A DNA stretch of 32,000 nt from an uncultured Opitutales bacterium (GTDB taxonomy: Bacteria; Verrucomicrobiota; Verrucomicrobiia; Opitutales; Intestinicryptomonadaceae): contig CAKUIA010000009.1 in NCBI GenBank assembly GCA_934660865.1, positions 30,001 to 62,000 on the forward strand, given 5' to 3'. Below are positions 1-9,624 of the stretch, piece by piece. Every line of letters starts with the position of its first letter. The stretch's first letter is position 1. Below the pieces are notes generated by a model, which was not told the origin of the DNA, searched no databases, and saw only the letters and a list, made by a program, of their open reading frames with translations. The translations under genes were made by a program, and so were the position numbers.

Positions 1-367
1 GCCTCTTTCCGACAACAGAATCAGGGCGTCTATGCAGGGCACCGTTTCGGCCGACTCGCGCTTTAGCGAATTCGGCGCCTACCAACAGCGAATGATAGAG
101 GCTATTTCGCGCCAGTGGAATTTGTTGGGAAGCTCGTACAACCTAAGCGGGGCGGTTGGGACGCATATAATGGTTGAATTTTACTTGAATAAACACGGGC
201 AATTAACGAGAATTGAAACGTTATTTACAAATTCAACGCAGACGGCAACGGCGCTGTGCGAGCAGTCGATATTGACAACCGCGCCCTACGGCGAATGGAC
301 GCGCGATATGATAGACGCCTTTGGCGGCGACGCACAGCCCGTTAAAATAGTATTTTATTATAGATGA
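1..367 (+). CDS. 3' end of a TonB/TolA C-terminal-domain-like protein (5' end lies left of the window)
   Basis: The frame of ORF 32..367 stays open back to base 2 (PLSDNRIRAS precedes the listed Met), so the gene is truncated by the window edge. The tail (AYQQRMIEAISRQWN...GTHIMVEFYLNKHGQLTRIETLFTNS...) resembles a TonB_C/TolA-type C-terminal domain by eye. Its stop overlaps the next start (ATGA at 364-367). Confidence 0.45.
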   Translation, partial: PLSDNRIRASMQGTVSADSRFSEFGAYQQRMIEAISRQWNLLGSSYNLSGAVGTHIMVEFYLNKHGQLTRIETLFTNSTQTATALCEQSILTTAPYGEWTRDMIDAFGGDAQPVKIVFYYR

Positions 368-1185
368 CAAAGCAGTTTATAGAGGATTTCCTAAAAAGCG
401 TTCCGTTTTCGGGCTCGGCAAAAATTGCGGCTTTCGACGAAAACGGAATCGTCGCAATCGAAAAGGCCGCCAACGTTATGTCGCACCCCAATCCCAACGG
501 CGGCAAGGCGGGCAGAACATTGGTAAAGGCGCGCTATAACTTCGACAAACAATACTATTCGTGGCAGGACGAAAACGGCGAAAAGCGCAGATTGCATTTG
601 ATAAACAGGCTCGATTCTCATACATCGGGGCTGATAATAGCATCGATAGACGAAAAGGCCGCCGACGCCGCAAGGGAGGCCTTTAAAAACCGCAAGGTCG
701 AAAAAACCTACAACGCAATTTGCACGGGAAGGCCGATGCTTAAAAGCGGAATATGGCGCGACTATATCTCTAAGGAAAATTTCGCCTCGAAATTTGTGCG
801 CGCAGTTTCGCCGTTTGGCGGCAAGACAAATTCGGAAAGCTCTTATGAAGTGCTTAAAAGCGACCAAAACGGCTTGGGGCTAACTTTAATGAAGCTTTGC
901 CCGCACACGGGGCGCACCCACCAGTTGCGCATACAATGCGCAAAGCGTAAAGCTCCCATTTTGGGCGACGGCACCTACGGCGACTTTTCCGCCAACAAAC
1001 GCATAAAGAAAATTACGGGGCAAGACAGGCTGTTTTTGCACTGTTTGGAAATATCGTTTAATTACGATTTAAACGGCAAAACATTTTCCTTTTCGGCAAA
1101 AAGCCAACTGCCCGAAGATTTCGAAAAAATTATAAACTACAACGGCAAGGCGGTTTCCGCAAAAATAGAGCACAGGCAATGGTAG
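364..1185 (+). CDS. RluA-family pseudouridine synthase (no S4 domain)
   Basis: 273-aa ORF. The catalytic-Asp motif is LINRLDSHTSGLIIAS (HRLD-type), and the downstream motif is PHTGRTHQLRIQCA, typical of the RluA/RsuA superfamily. Confidence 0.85.
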   Translation: MTKQFIEDFLKSVPFSGSAKIAAFDENGIVAIEKAANVMSHPNPNGGKAGRTLVKARYNFDKQYYSWQDENGEKRRLHLINRLDSHTSGLIIASIDEKAADAAREAFKNRKVEKTYNAICTGRPMLKSGIWRDYISKENFASKFVRAVSPFGGKTNSESSYEVLKSDQNGLGLTLMKLCPHTGRTHQLRIQCAKRKAPILGDGTYGDFSANKRIKKITGQDRLFLHCLEISFNYDLNGKTFSFSAKSQLPEDFEKIINYNGKAVSAKIEHRQW

Positions 1186-1952
1186 GCTTTTTTAAGACAA
1201 TATACGGGGCCTTTTGGTCGGTTAACACCTATAAAAACGCGCTAAAGTGGAAATACAAGGCGTTCGGCTATTTTTTGCTGCTTGTGCTGTTGGCTACTTT
1301 TGCGGAATCGTTTACCGCCTATAAAAAAATGTCCGAATTTTTTGACGGGCAAATGATGCCCGCAATTAAAGACTTTGCGGCATTTAAGATAGAAAACGGA
1401 GCGGTTAAAACGCCCGAAAACAAAGTCTATAAATACAATTTTCCCGACGGCGGTGGCTTTTTCTTTGTAAGTGCAACTCCCGTAATCGAGCGCGAAAACT
1501 ACCTTTTTTCGATAGAAAAAGACGAGCTTGTTTTGGGCGTAAAAATGCCGATGGCGGCTTCTCGCTATCCGTTAAAAGACCTTACAATGGGCAAAGACGT
1601 TGTAGTAGACAAAGCAAAGGCGTTTGAAATTGCAAACAGCGTAAAGGCATCGGTAAGGACATTTGCGCTGCCAATGCTTTATGTTTCGAACATATTTGCA
1701 AATGCTTCCTACCTTTTAATACTTACAGTTGCCGTGTTTTTTATGGGCATGAACACGCCGCTTAAGCTTAATATGCGAATGGCATTCAACATATCGGCTT
1801 TGGCCATTACCCCCACGGTGGTATTCCAGACTGCAAGCGTGTTTTTTACCGACTACGACTATGCCTCGGGGCTATACGGGCTTATAAGTTTGGCGCTGGT
1901 TTGGTATATGCTGCGCAAGCTTACAATAGCCAAAATCAGGGGCAATATATAG
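1179..1952 (+). CDS. Polytopic membrane protein, DUF1189-like
   Basis: 257-aa ORF whose start overlaps the rluA-like stop by 7 nt. The N-terminal pattern (FFKTIYGAFWSVNTYKNALKWKYKAFGYFLLLVLL...FKIENGAV) recalls DUF1189 proteins. Several hydrophobic helices lie in the C-terminal half. Confidence 0.55.
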   Translation: MVGFFKTIYGAFWSVNTYKNALKWKYKAFGYFLLLVLLATFAESFTAYKKMSEFFDGQMMPAIKDFAAFKIENGAVKTPENKVYKYNFPDGGGFFFVSATPVIERENYLFSIEKDELVLGVKMPMAASRYPLKDLTMGKDVVVDKAKAFEIANSVKASVRTFALPMLYVSNIFANASYLLILTVAVFFMGMNTPLKLNMRMAFNISALAITPTVVFQTASVFFTDYDYASGLYGLISLALVWYMLRKLTIAKIRGNI

Positions 1953-1991
1953 CATTTTAACAAAACAATAAATCCATAACCGACTAAGCCT

Positions 1992-4511
1992 ATGAAATTT
2001 TTTAAAACAACTTTACTTATGTTGCTTGCGGCATTTTTTGTAAATGCGGCCTTTTGCGAAAACAAAATAAGTGTAAACGAACAAACCGCAAAGCCGTGGA
2101 CATTCTGGTGGATTTTAGGCCCTAGCATGGACAAGTCCGACATAGACTTTCAGCTTGAATATATGGCAAAGTCGAATGTAGGCGGCGTGCATATAATACC
2201 CATATACGGCGAAAGGGGCGACGAGAAAAACTACATAGAATTTTTGTCGCCCAAATTTATAGAATATGTTTGCTACATTTCCGAAAAGGCGAAGTCGCTC
2301 GGCATGGGAACGGATATGACATTGGGCACGGGCTGGCCGTTTGGCGGCAGGCAGATAACGCCCGAATTGGCCGCAAAAAAGATAGACAAAAATTTCAATA
2401 TAATTCCCACAAATCAGAAGGTAAAGCGCGCGGCGTTCGGCGGCGAAGGCCTTGTGTTAGACCCCTTCAACCGCAGGGCAATAGACGAATACTACAAGCC
2501 TTTCTACGCCGCATTCAAGGGCGTAAAGCCGATGCCCATAAGGGCGGTGTTCGACGACTCCTACGAGATTTTCGGCGCCGATTTTTCGGACGTATTGTAC
2601 GGCGAATTTAAAAGGCTAAGGGGCTACGATTTTATGGACTGGCAGCGCAGGGTTTTGTTTAACGCCAACAAGACCGACGAAGAGCAAAGGGTTATGCAGG
2701 ACTATTTGGAAACGCTTTCCGACTTGCTTAAGTCGGCGTTGACGCAGGGCTTTGTGGACGGCGCAAGGAAGCTGGGCGTTTTAACGCGCAACCAGGCGCA
2801 CGGCAGCCCCGCAAATATACTGGACTTATACGCAATGTGCGACATTCCCGAAACCGAGTCGTTCGGCACAAGCGCGTTCGATATTCCGCTTGTCAGGGTA
2901 GACGAGTCGTACGAGTTTGACCGCTTCGGCAAGCCCGATTTTGACATGATGAAATTTGCGTCGAGCGCGGCAAACATTGCAAAAAAGCCGCTGGTTTCGA
3001 GCGAAACTGCAACATGGTTGGCAAACCATTTCAAGGTTGCCCTTTCGCAGGTAAAGCCGCAGCTAGACCTGCTTTTTGCCGCGGGCATAAACCACATTGT
3101 TTGGCACGGCACGCCCTATAGCCCGAAAAACAAGCCGTGGCCCGGTCGCCTGTTTTATGCGAGCACAAATTTCAACTTTAATTCGCATTTCGGCGAATAC
3201 TACGCAATGCTCAACAAATACGTTCAAAACTGCCAAAGCCTTTTGCAGAATTCCGAAAACTGCAACGAGGTTTTGCTGTATTTCCCATTCCATTCGTTTT
3301 TAAAGGAAAAGTTTTTGCAGTTCGACGTTCACGGCTCCTGGCTTGGCTCGAACAAAAATTACGCCGAAATTCTAAAGGGGTTAAGGGGTTATTCCTTCGA
3401 CCATGTTTCCGACGATATGCTTGTAAATACGCCCGACTTGGCAAAACGCTACAAGGTTTTGATTGTGCCCGATTCCGGCCAAATGCCCCTGCAAACCGCC
3501 GAAGCCGTAAAGAGGCTTGCCGAAAGCGGAATGGTTGTGGTATTCCAAAATTCGTTTCCGCAAAGCGTGCCGGGCTTTTATAAATATGCCGAAAAAAGCG
3601 CACAGTTAAAATCGCTTACGGCGCAGATTGCAAAAAACAAAAACGTCTTTAAGGGCAACGTTTTCGAAATTCTAAAAAAACAGAATGTTTCGTACAACCC
3701 ATTCTTCGGCCAAAACGGTTTGGTGTATATAAAGAAAAAACAGGGCGACACGCGCTTCTACTTTGTGTCGAATTTGGCGAACAAATTTGCATACTCCAAA
3801 GCCGAAATAGACGACGCGGCAAAGTATGTTTGGTTTTACAACCCGCTTACAAACCAAAAGGCGCTTATTGCCGACGCCGTTTGCGAAAACGGCAAAACGC
3901 ATTTCAACTTAAAACTGTTGCCTTCGCAAAGCCTGTTTATTTTCTTTTCCGACAAAAAGCCCGATGTTGAAAACAGCACAGCCTTTGCAAAAGACGGCGC
4001 CGCCGTCGAGCTGCCCGAAAGCTTTTCGTTTGAATTTACGGCGGGCTACCCCGATTTGCGCGGCAAAAAATATTCGGGCAAAAAACTCGTTTCGTGGGCT
4101 TCTTTCCCCGTAGAAAACGCAAAGTATTATTCGGGCAAGGGGCTGTATAAATTCGAGTTTAATTTAGCCAATGCCGAAAAGCCCTATGTTTTGGATTTAG
4201 GCGACGTTCGTGAATGCGCTTTTGTTAGGATAAACGGCAGGCCTTTGGCGCATTTGTGGAGCGTGCCGTACCGTTGCGAAATACCTCGGGGCTTGCTAAA
4301 GAGCGGCAAAAATACCCTTGAAGTTGAAGTTTTAAACCTTTCGTTTAACAGGGCAATTAAGCTGGATATAGACAAGGTAAAATGGCGCAACTTTAGGGAT
4401 ATAAATTTTGTGGACATTACCTATAAGCCCATAAACTATGCAAACGCAAAACCCGTAGATTCGGGGCTGCTCGGCAAAATAAGGCTAATAGAGCAAAATA
4501 CGGTAAAGTAG
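1992..4511 (+). CDS. Secreted glycoside hydrolase-like protein (GH106/alpha-L-rhamnosidase-like N-terminal region, C-terminal galactose-binding-like domain)
   Basis: 839-aa ORF with a signal peptide (MKFFKTTLLMLLAAFFVNAAFC). The segment KPWTFWWILGPSMDKSDIDFQLEYMAKSNVGGVHII matches the start of GH106-type proteins as I remember them. The C-terminal segment LDLGDVRECAFVRINGRPLAHLWSVPYRCEIPRGLLKSGKNTLEVEVLNLSFNR is typical of sugar-binding jelly-roll domains. Confidence 0.6.
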   Translation: MKFFKTTLLMLLAAFFVNAAFCENKISVNEQTAKPWTFWWILGPSMDKSDIDFQLEYMAKSNVGGVHIIPIYGERGDEKNYIEFLSPKFIEYVCYISEKAKSLGMGTDMTLGTGWPFGGRQITPELAAKKIDKNFNIIPTNQKVKRAAFGGEGLVLDPFNRRAIDEYYKPFYAAFKGVKPMPIRAVFDDSYEIFGADFSDVLYGEFKRLRGYDFMDWQRRVLFNANKTDEEQRVMQDYLETLSDLLKSALTQGFVDGARKLGVLTRNQAHGSPANILDLYAMCDIPETESFGTSAFDIPLVRVDESYEFDRFGKPDFDMMKFASSAANIAKKPLVSSETATWLANHFKVALSQVKPQLDLLFAAGINHIVWHGTPYSPKNKPWPGRLFYASTNFNFNSHFGEYYAMLNKYVQNCQSLLQNSENCNEVLLYFPFHSFLKEKFLQFDVHGSWLGSNKNYAEILKGLRGYSFDHVSDDMLVNTPDLAKRYKVLIVPDSGQMPLQTAEAVKRLAESGMVVVFQNSFPQSVPGFYKYAEKSAQLKSLTAQIAKNKNVFKGNVFEILKKQNVSYNPFFGQNGLVYIKKKQGDTRFYFVSNLANKFAYSKAEIDDAAKYVWFYNPLTNQKALIADAVCENGKTHFNLKLLPSQSLFIFFSDKKPDVENSTAFAKDGAAVELPESFSFEFTAGYPDLRGKKYSGKKLVSWASFPVENAKYYSGKGLYKFEFNLANAEKPYVLDLGDVRECAFVRINGRPLAHLWSVPYRCEIPRGLLKSGKNTLEVEVLNLSFNRAIKLDIDKVKWRNFRDINFVDITYKPINYANAKPVDSGLLGKIRLIEQNTVK

Positions 4512-4540
4512 CCCTTAAAGTTTTGCTGTATGCACACAAA

Positions 4541-4580
4541 AAAAGGAAGCCTCGGTTTTAAGGCTTCCTTTTTGTTTTTT
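4541..4580. terminator. Bidirectional rho-independent terminator between convergent genes
   Basis: A perfect 12-bp stem pairs 4541-4552 (aaaaggaagcct) with 4561-4572 (aggcttcctttt) around an 8-nt loop. It has an A-run upstream and a T-run downstream. It lies between the stop of the GH gene (4511) and the stop of smc (4600). Confidence 0.75.
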
Positions 4581-4599
4581 TTGCAAAATTAAAACGCCT

Positions 4600-7500
4600 T
4601 TATTGGTAGTCGGTAAAGCGCATTGAAACAAGCTTTGTAACGCCGCGCTCTTGCATTGTAACGCCGTATATGGTGTTTGCCGCCGACACCGTGCGCTTGC
4701 TGTGCGTAATCACCAAAAATTGCGAGTAGGCGGTAAACTCCTTTAATATATCCGTATAGCGGCCTATGTTTGCGTCGTCTAGCGGGGCGTCAAGCTCGTC
4801 TAGCACGCAGAAAGGCGAGGGCTTTACCATATATATCGCAAACAAGAGCGAAACTGCAGTCATTGTCCTTTGTCCGCCCGAAAGCAGAGAAAGGCTTTTT
4901 AGCACCGTTCCCGGCGGGCGCGCGATAATTTCTATGCCGCTGTCGAGCACGTCTTCGCTTTGAACAAGGTTAAGGTCGGCCGAGCCGCCGCCGAAAAGTT
5001 TTTTAAACGTAAATTCAAAGTTTTTGCGTATTTGCTCGAAAGTTTCGGCGAACATTTTTTGCGAAGTCGCGTTTATTTCGTCTATTGCCGAAACAAGTTC
5101 GTTCTTTGCGGCCCACAAGTCGTCGCTTTGCTTCTTTAAAAAGTCGTAGCGCTCCTTTAATTCGGCGTATTCCTCTATGGCCACAAGGTTAACCGCGCCC
5201 ATGGCGGCAATCTTTTGGCGCAATTCCCTTACCTGGTTTTCTATTTCGCCAAAGTCGGAAGTGTTTGCAAGCTCCTCCAAAGCTTCGGGGGTTGCCTCGC
5301 CGCGGTCTTTTGTTTTGGGGGCAATCTCGCCGTCTTCGTCTTCAATGTCGTCTAGGTTTATGCGGGTTTGGAATTCCTCCTGGGCGTTCCAAAGTTCCCG
5401 CTTATAGTCTATGGCGGCAATGTCCAATTCGTAGTCGCTTCGTATGCGCTCTATTGTAAAGTCGCGGCGCGATTTTAATTTTGCCAGTTCAATGTCGGCC
5501 GAATTTTTTCTTTCCGCCGCCTGGTTGTTTGCATTGCGCAGGCCCTGCATGGAGCTTTCAAACTCGGCAAGGGCTTTTTCCTTTTCGGCCAATACATTCT
5601 TTTGGGTTTCTATAGACTGCAAATCGGCCGCAAGTTTGGCCTCCAATTCCTTTGCAAGAAGTGCGTCTTTTTCGGAATCCAAGTCGAGTTGTTCTACCGC
5701 CTGGCGGGCCTGTTCCATTTCGCTTGTGCGCTTTTGTATTTGCCCCAAAGTTTCGCTTTGGCGGCTTTTTATAATGTCCAGCCCCTTTTCGAGATTTTCC
5801 AAAGCCTGCTTTTTTGTGGCCAAGTCTATTCTTGCCTCCGAAAGTTGGGCAAATTTCATTTCCTTTTGCTCCCTTATCTCGGCAAGGGCATTTTCCTTTT
5901 CGGCGATAAGGGCTTTCGACTGCTTTTCCTTTTCTTCGGCTTCGGCAAGCTGGGCGTTTGCCCTGTTTAGCTTGTCTTGGGCTTCAAAGCGCGAATTTTC
6001 CATTTCCGACAAAAGGGCGTTTTGTTTTTCAAGCTCGTTTTCCCTGCTTTGCCTGTTTTGCTCCAAACTTGCAAGTTGCGCTTCTATCGAAACCAGTTCC
6101 CTTTTTATTTCCGATTCAACAGCCTTTTTTTCGTCTATTTGCGCTTCAATGGAATTCATTTGCGACTGCAGCGCCATTGCCTCCTCGTGCAATTTGGTAA
6201 GGGCGTTGTTGTCGGTTTCAACTTCGCTTGTAAGCCTTTTAATTTCGCGGTTGCGCAAAATAAACGAGCTTTCGGTGTCTTTTAGCTCGGAACTTGCCGA
6301 GTATACAACGCCCCTGCAGTCTACAACGTTGCCCGATTTGTCGCAGGCCAGCGCAAACGTAAAGTTTTGGGCATTTAGCGCAAATTTGATAAAAGCTTCT
6401 ATGCTTTCGCAAAAATAGCAGCCCTGCAACAGGTTTAATGCCTTTTGTTTAAGGGTTTCGTCCTGCCCGGTGTAGCCTGCAAAATCGGCCGCCTTGTATA
6501 TGCCTTCGGGCAAAGTTTCGGGGTTTGCAAAGGCCAAAAAACCGTTAAGCTTTATGCAGGCTTTGCCCAAATTGCGCTCTTTTAGCGCGGCAATAAGTTG
6601 TCCCAGTTTGGATTCGTCGGCAATGCTAAGGGTGTCTATGCTAGAGCCCAACATTGCCTCGAATGCCGCCGCCCAGCCGTCTTTGATTTCAAGCGATTGG
6701 GCGATAATCTTTACGCTGTCGGGGGCAACAATGTCGGCAAGCTTGCCCTGCATTACGGCTTTTACGCCGTCGGAATAGCCCTCCAGACGGTTTTGAAAGT
6801 CGTTTAAAAGGCTTAGTTTTGCGCTTTTCGAGGCAAGCTGCCTGTCCATAACCTGAATTTGCGACTGCTTGTCTCTGTACTGCGAAATAAGGGCGCTGTT
6901 TTGCTCCTGCAACTGCGCAATTTCCGACTGCACCGCCGCCGCTCTCGATTTTGCGCTTTCGGCACTGGAATCGTATTCGAGTTTTCTGGCGTCGAAAGAG
7001 TTTAGCTGCTCTTTTATTTGAAAGGCCAAATCGGCCGCCGCCGAGTGCTTTATTTGGTACGATTTTAAATCGACCTCCAGGCTGGTGCAGTTGCTGCGAA
7101 GCCTTGTTATGGCGCCATCGTTTACAAGGCTGTCCTGCTTGGCGCGGTACAGCGCGCTTTCGGCGTCTTTAAGGCCAAGCTCTATTTCCTGCAACTGCGC
7201 GTTTTGCGCCTTAAACGATTCGTCGAAAGTTCTGAAAAGCTCCAGTTGCTCGGCTTTTGTGGCGTTGTCGCCCTCGGCCTTGCCCGAAAGCGATTTCAAC
7301 TGCTCGTTTAGGGCGTTTATCTCGTTCTCGGCAAGGGCAATGCGCTCGAGCAAGTCGCGCTTTCGCACCTGTGCAAATTCGCAGTTTCTTTGCGTTTGCT
7401 CTTTTTGCGAGCGCAATTCCGCCGCGGCGTTTCTTGATTCTTCAAGCTTTATTAAAATGTCGGCGCGCGAGCTTCGCATTGCAAGCAAAGCCTCTTCCTT

Positions 7501-8292
7501 TTGCGCCAATTCGCCGCCCAGTTTTTGCAGCTCTTCGGCAAATTGCTGCGACTGGTTTTGATACTCGTTTATCGTCTGCGTTTGGTCGGAATATATCTTT
7601 GCGTTTAGCGCCAAATCCAAATGCTTTAGTTTGTGGCTAAGCCTTTTATATTTTAGGGCTTTGCCCGCCTGTCTTTTTAAGGTGCCTATCTGCCTGTTTA
7701 TTTCCTCTATTCTGTCGGTAATACGGGCAAGGTTTTGGTCTACAAGCGAAAGCTTGTTCAGGGCTTCGCGCCTTTGCGTTTTGTATTTTGTAATGCCCGC
7801 GGCCTCTTCGAAAATTGCGCGGCGCTCGCTCGGGTTCGACGACAATATTTGGTCTATTTGCCCCTGAACCATAAACGAATACGAAACGCGGCCTATGCCC
7901 GTGTCCATAAACAGGCTTTGAATTTCCTTTAAGCGCGAAATTTTGCCGTTTATAAAATAGTCGCTGCCGCCGTCGCGCGAAACGCGGCGGGTGATTTCGA
8001 CTTCGCTAAAATTTGTTTTTAAATCCTGCTCGCATTCGCCGAACAAAAGTTTAACTTCGCACATTTGCAGCGGTTTGCGCTTGTCGGTACCCTGGAATAT
8101 AACGTCCTGCATTTTGCCGCCGCGAAGCGCCTTTGCGCTTTGCTCGCCCAACACCCAGCGTATGGCGTCTACAATATTGCTTTTGCCGCAACCGTTGGGG
8201 CCGACAATGCCCACAATGCCTTTGGGCAGCTCTATTACGGTTTTGTCGGCAAAGCTTTTAAAGCCGTTAATTGTAACTTGTTTTAGGTACAT
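4600..8292 (-). CDS. smc: Chromosome segregation protein SMC
   Basis: 1230-aa ORF with an N-terminal Walker A (GPNGCGKSN), very long coiled-coil arms and a central hinge. The C-terminal signature and Walker B read LSGGQRTMTAVSLLFAI...CVLDELDAPLD. Confidence 0.97.
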   Translation of the reverse strand: MYLKQVTINGFKSFADKTVIELPKGIVGIVGPNGCGKSNIVDAIRWVLGEQSAKALRGGKMQDVIFQGTDKRKPLQMCEVKLLFGECEQDLKTNFSEVEITRRVSRDGGSDYFINGKISRLKEIQSLFMDTGIGRVSYSFMVQGQIDQILSSNPSERRAIFEEAAGITKYKTQRREALNKLSLVDQNLARITDRIEEINRQIGTLKRQAGKALKYKRLSHKLKHLDLALNAKIYSDQTQTINEYQNQSQQFAEELQKLGGELAQKEEALLAMRSSRADILIKLEESRNAAAELRSQKEQTQRNCEFAQVRKRDLLERIALAENEINALNEQLKSLSGKAEGDNATKAEQLELFRTFDESFKAQNAQLQEIELGLKDAESALYRAKQDSLVNDGAITRLRSNCTSLEVDLKSYQIKHSAAADLAFQIKEQLNSFDARKLEYDSSAESAKSRAAAVQSEIAQLQEQNSALISQYRDKQSQIQVMDRQLASKSAKLSLLNDFQNRLEGYSDGVKAVMQGKLADIVAPDSVKIIAQSLEIKDGWAAAFEAMLGSSIDTLSIADESKLGQLIAALKERNLGKACIKLNGFLAFANPETLPEGIYKAADFAGYTGQDETLKQKALNLLQGCYFCESIEAFIKFALNAQNFTFALACDKSGNVVDCRGVVYSASSELKDTESSFILRNREIKRLTSEVETDNNALTKLHEEAMALQSQMNSIEAQIDEKKAVESEIKRELVSIEAQLASLEQNRQSRENELEKQNALLSEMENSRFEAQDKLNRANAQLAEAEEKEKQSKALIAEKENALAEIREQKEMKFAQLSEARIDLATKKQALENLEKGLDIIKSRQSETLGQIQKRTSEMEQARQAVEQLDLDSEKDALLAKELEAKLAADLQSIETQKNVLAEKEKALAEFESSMQGLRNANNQAAERKNSADIELAKLKSRRDFTIERIRSDYELDIAAIDYKRELWNAQEEFQTRINLDDIEDEDGEIAPKTKDRGEATPEALEELANTSDFGEIENQVRELRQKIAAMGAVNLVAIEEYAELKERYDFLKKQSDDLWAAKNELVSAIDEINATSQKMFAETFEQIRKNFEFTFKKLFGGGSADLNLVQSEDVLDSGIEIIARPPGTVLKSLSLLSGGQRTMTAVSLLFAIYMVKPSPFCVLDELDAPLDDANIGRYTDILKEFTAYSQFLVITHSKRTVSAANTIYGVTMQERGVTKLVSMRFTDYQ

Positions 8293-8320
8293 TTAAAAAA
8301 TCGTTTTAGCTTTTTTGTTA

Positions 8321-8355
8321 GAAAAAAGCCCCCATTGCCGCTGGGCAAGGGGGGA
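8321..8355 (-). terminator. Rho-independent terminator downstream of prs
   Basis: The minus-strand RNA forms a GC-rich hairpin, CCCCCUUGCC-CAGC-GGCAAUGGGGG (10 bp with a 1-nt bulge), followed by CUUUUUUC. It lies 15 nt after the prs stop. Confidence 0.65.
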
Positions 8356-8369
8356 GCAAACAAGGGGTA

Positions 8370-9323
8370 CTAAAAGCCCTTGATTTGGAAAAGCGAAGTT
8401 ACCGACATATTGTTGTGTATGCGCAATATTGCGTCGGCAAAAAGGTGGCTTACCGACAACACCGTAATGTTGTGGTCTTTATACTTGGGGCTTGGCGGGG
8501 TAGAGTCTGTAATTATAAGTTCGTCCAGCCAGCCTGCGTCGAGCTTTTCGTAGGCCTTGTCGGTTAGGCACGCGTGGGTAACGGCCGCCCTTACCGATTT
8601 TGCCCCGTGGTCCTTCAATATTTGGGCTGCGGCAGTCAATGTTCCCGCAGTTTCGGTCATATCGTCTAAAATCAGAATGTCGCGGTCTTTAACTTCGCCT
8701 ACAAGGTTGGTTGCCTCTACAACTTCGGCGCTTATTCTGCGCTTGGCTATAAAGCCTACGGGGCGGTCTAGCTGCTTGGCGTAGGCAACCGCGCGTTTTA
8801 GCGCGCCAACGTCGGGCGAAAAGATTGTAGTGTTCGACAAATCGCTTTTCGAAAGATATTCTATTATAACCTGCGAGGCGTTTAAGTGGTCGCACGGAAT
8901 GTCGAAAAAGCCCTGAATTTGCTGGGCGTGCAAGTCCATTGTAAGAACGCGGTCTACGCCGGCGGCCGTAAGCAGGTTGGAAACAAGCTTTGCCGTAATC
9001 GGAACGCGGGGACGGTCTTTTCTGTCTTGACGGGCATAGCCGAAGAAGGGAATTACCGCCGTAATTCTGCTTGCCGAAGCCCTGCGTGCGGCGTCGGCCA
9101 TAATGAAAAGCTCCATATAGTTTTCGTTGGTGGGAGCAGGCGTCGGCTGAATGATAAAAACGTCGTCGCCGCGAATTGTGTCCATATACTGGGCAAAAAT
9201 TTCGCTGTCGGGAAACGCTTCTACCTTGGCTTTGCCCAGGGGCAAATCCAACCATTTGCAAATAGATTCCGCCAAGGCGGGGTGGGCTCGGCCCGTGAAT
9301 ATCTTTAGGTTATCCAGTTTCAT
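8370..9323 (-). CDS. prs: Ribose-phosphate pyrophosphokinase (PRPP synthetase)
   Basis: Motifs FFGYARQDRKDRPRVPITAK and the PRPP-binding loop DILILDDMTETAGTL. I place the start at the internal ATG at 9323 (MKLDNLKIFTG...), the usual Prs N-terminus. The ORF track extends to 9383, adding 20 atypical residues. Confidence 0.93.
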   Translation of the reverse strand: MKLDNLKIFTGRAHPALAESICKWLDLPLGKAKVEAFPDSEIFAQYMDTIRGDDVFIIQPTPAPTNENYMELFIMADAARRASASRITAVIPFFGYARQDRKDRPRVPITAKLVSNLLTAAGVDRVLTMDLHAQQIQGFFDIPCDHLNASQVIIEYLSKSDLSNTTIFSPDVGALKRAVAYAKQLDRPVGFIAKRRISAEVVEATNLVGEVKDRDILILDDMTETAGTLTAAAQILKDHGAKSVRAAVTHACLTDKAYEKLDAGWLDELIITDSTPPSPKYKDHNITVLSVSHLFADAILRIHNNMSVTSLFQIKGF

Positions 9324-9562
9324 ACAAATGAAAATGCTATTTATAAAGCAACTTAAGGTAGTTTTGCCCCTTTTTAAAGTCAAGATAATTAGGTGCGGTT
9401 TAATCGTTAAAATTTGCCGAATTTTCGGGATATATTTAAAGCAATAATTGCATAATTATTTAAAAATTATATAGATATAAAAAAGATTACACGAATTACT
9501 TTTGCGCTAAAACGAAGTCTGGCAATTTATGCAAAAAGCTATAAAAAAGTTCCTAAAAAATG

Positions 9563-9606
9563 CGCAAAAAAAGACGGCGCAAAAGCTGCACCGCCTTCTT
9601 TTTTGG
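9563..9606 (-). terminator. Candidate rho-independent terminator downstream of pfp
   Basis: The minus-strand RNA has the stem AAGAAGGCG...CGCCGUCUU (8 of 9 pairs) followed by U7. It starts about 20 nt after the pfp stop at 9625. Confidence 0.5.
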
Positions 9607-9624
9607 TTTCCAACAAAAGCCGAA

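Noticed and set aside
5444-6418. 324-aa plus-strand ORF, plus several 60-160-aa ORFs, antisense to smc
   Set aside because: The translation is low-complexity and Ser/Ala/Phe-rich, with no motifs. It lies entirely inside the SMC coiled-coil coding region, whose homology is unambiguous. This is a typical antisense artefact of repetitive Glu/Lys/Ala/Leu codons.
9324-9383. Longer prs start at 9383
   Set aside because: The extra 20 residues (MTLKRGKTTLSCFINSIFIC) do not resemble Prs N-termini. The ATG at 9323 gives the canonical MKLDNLKIF start.
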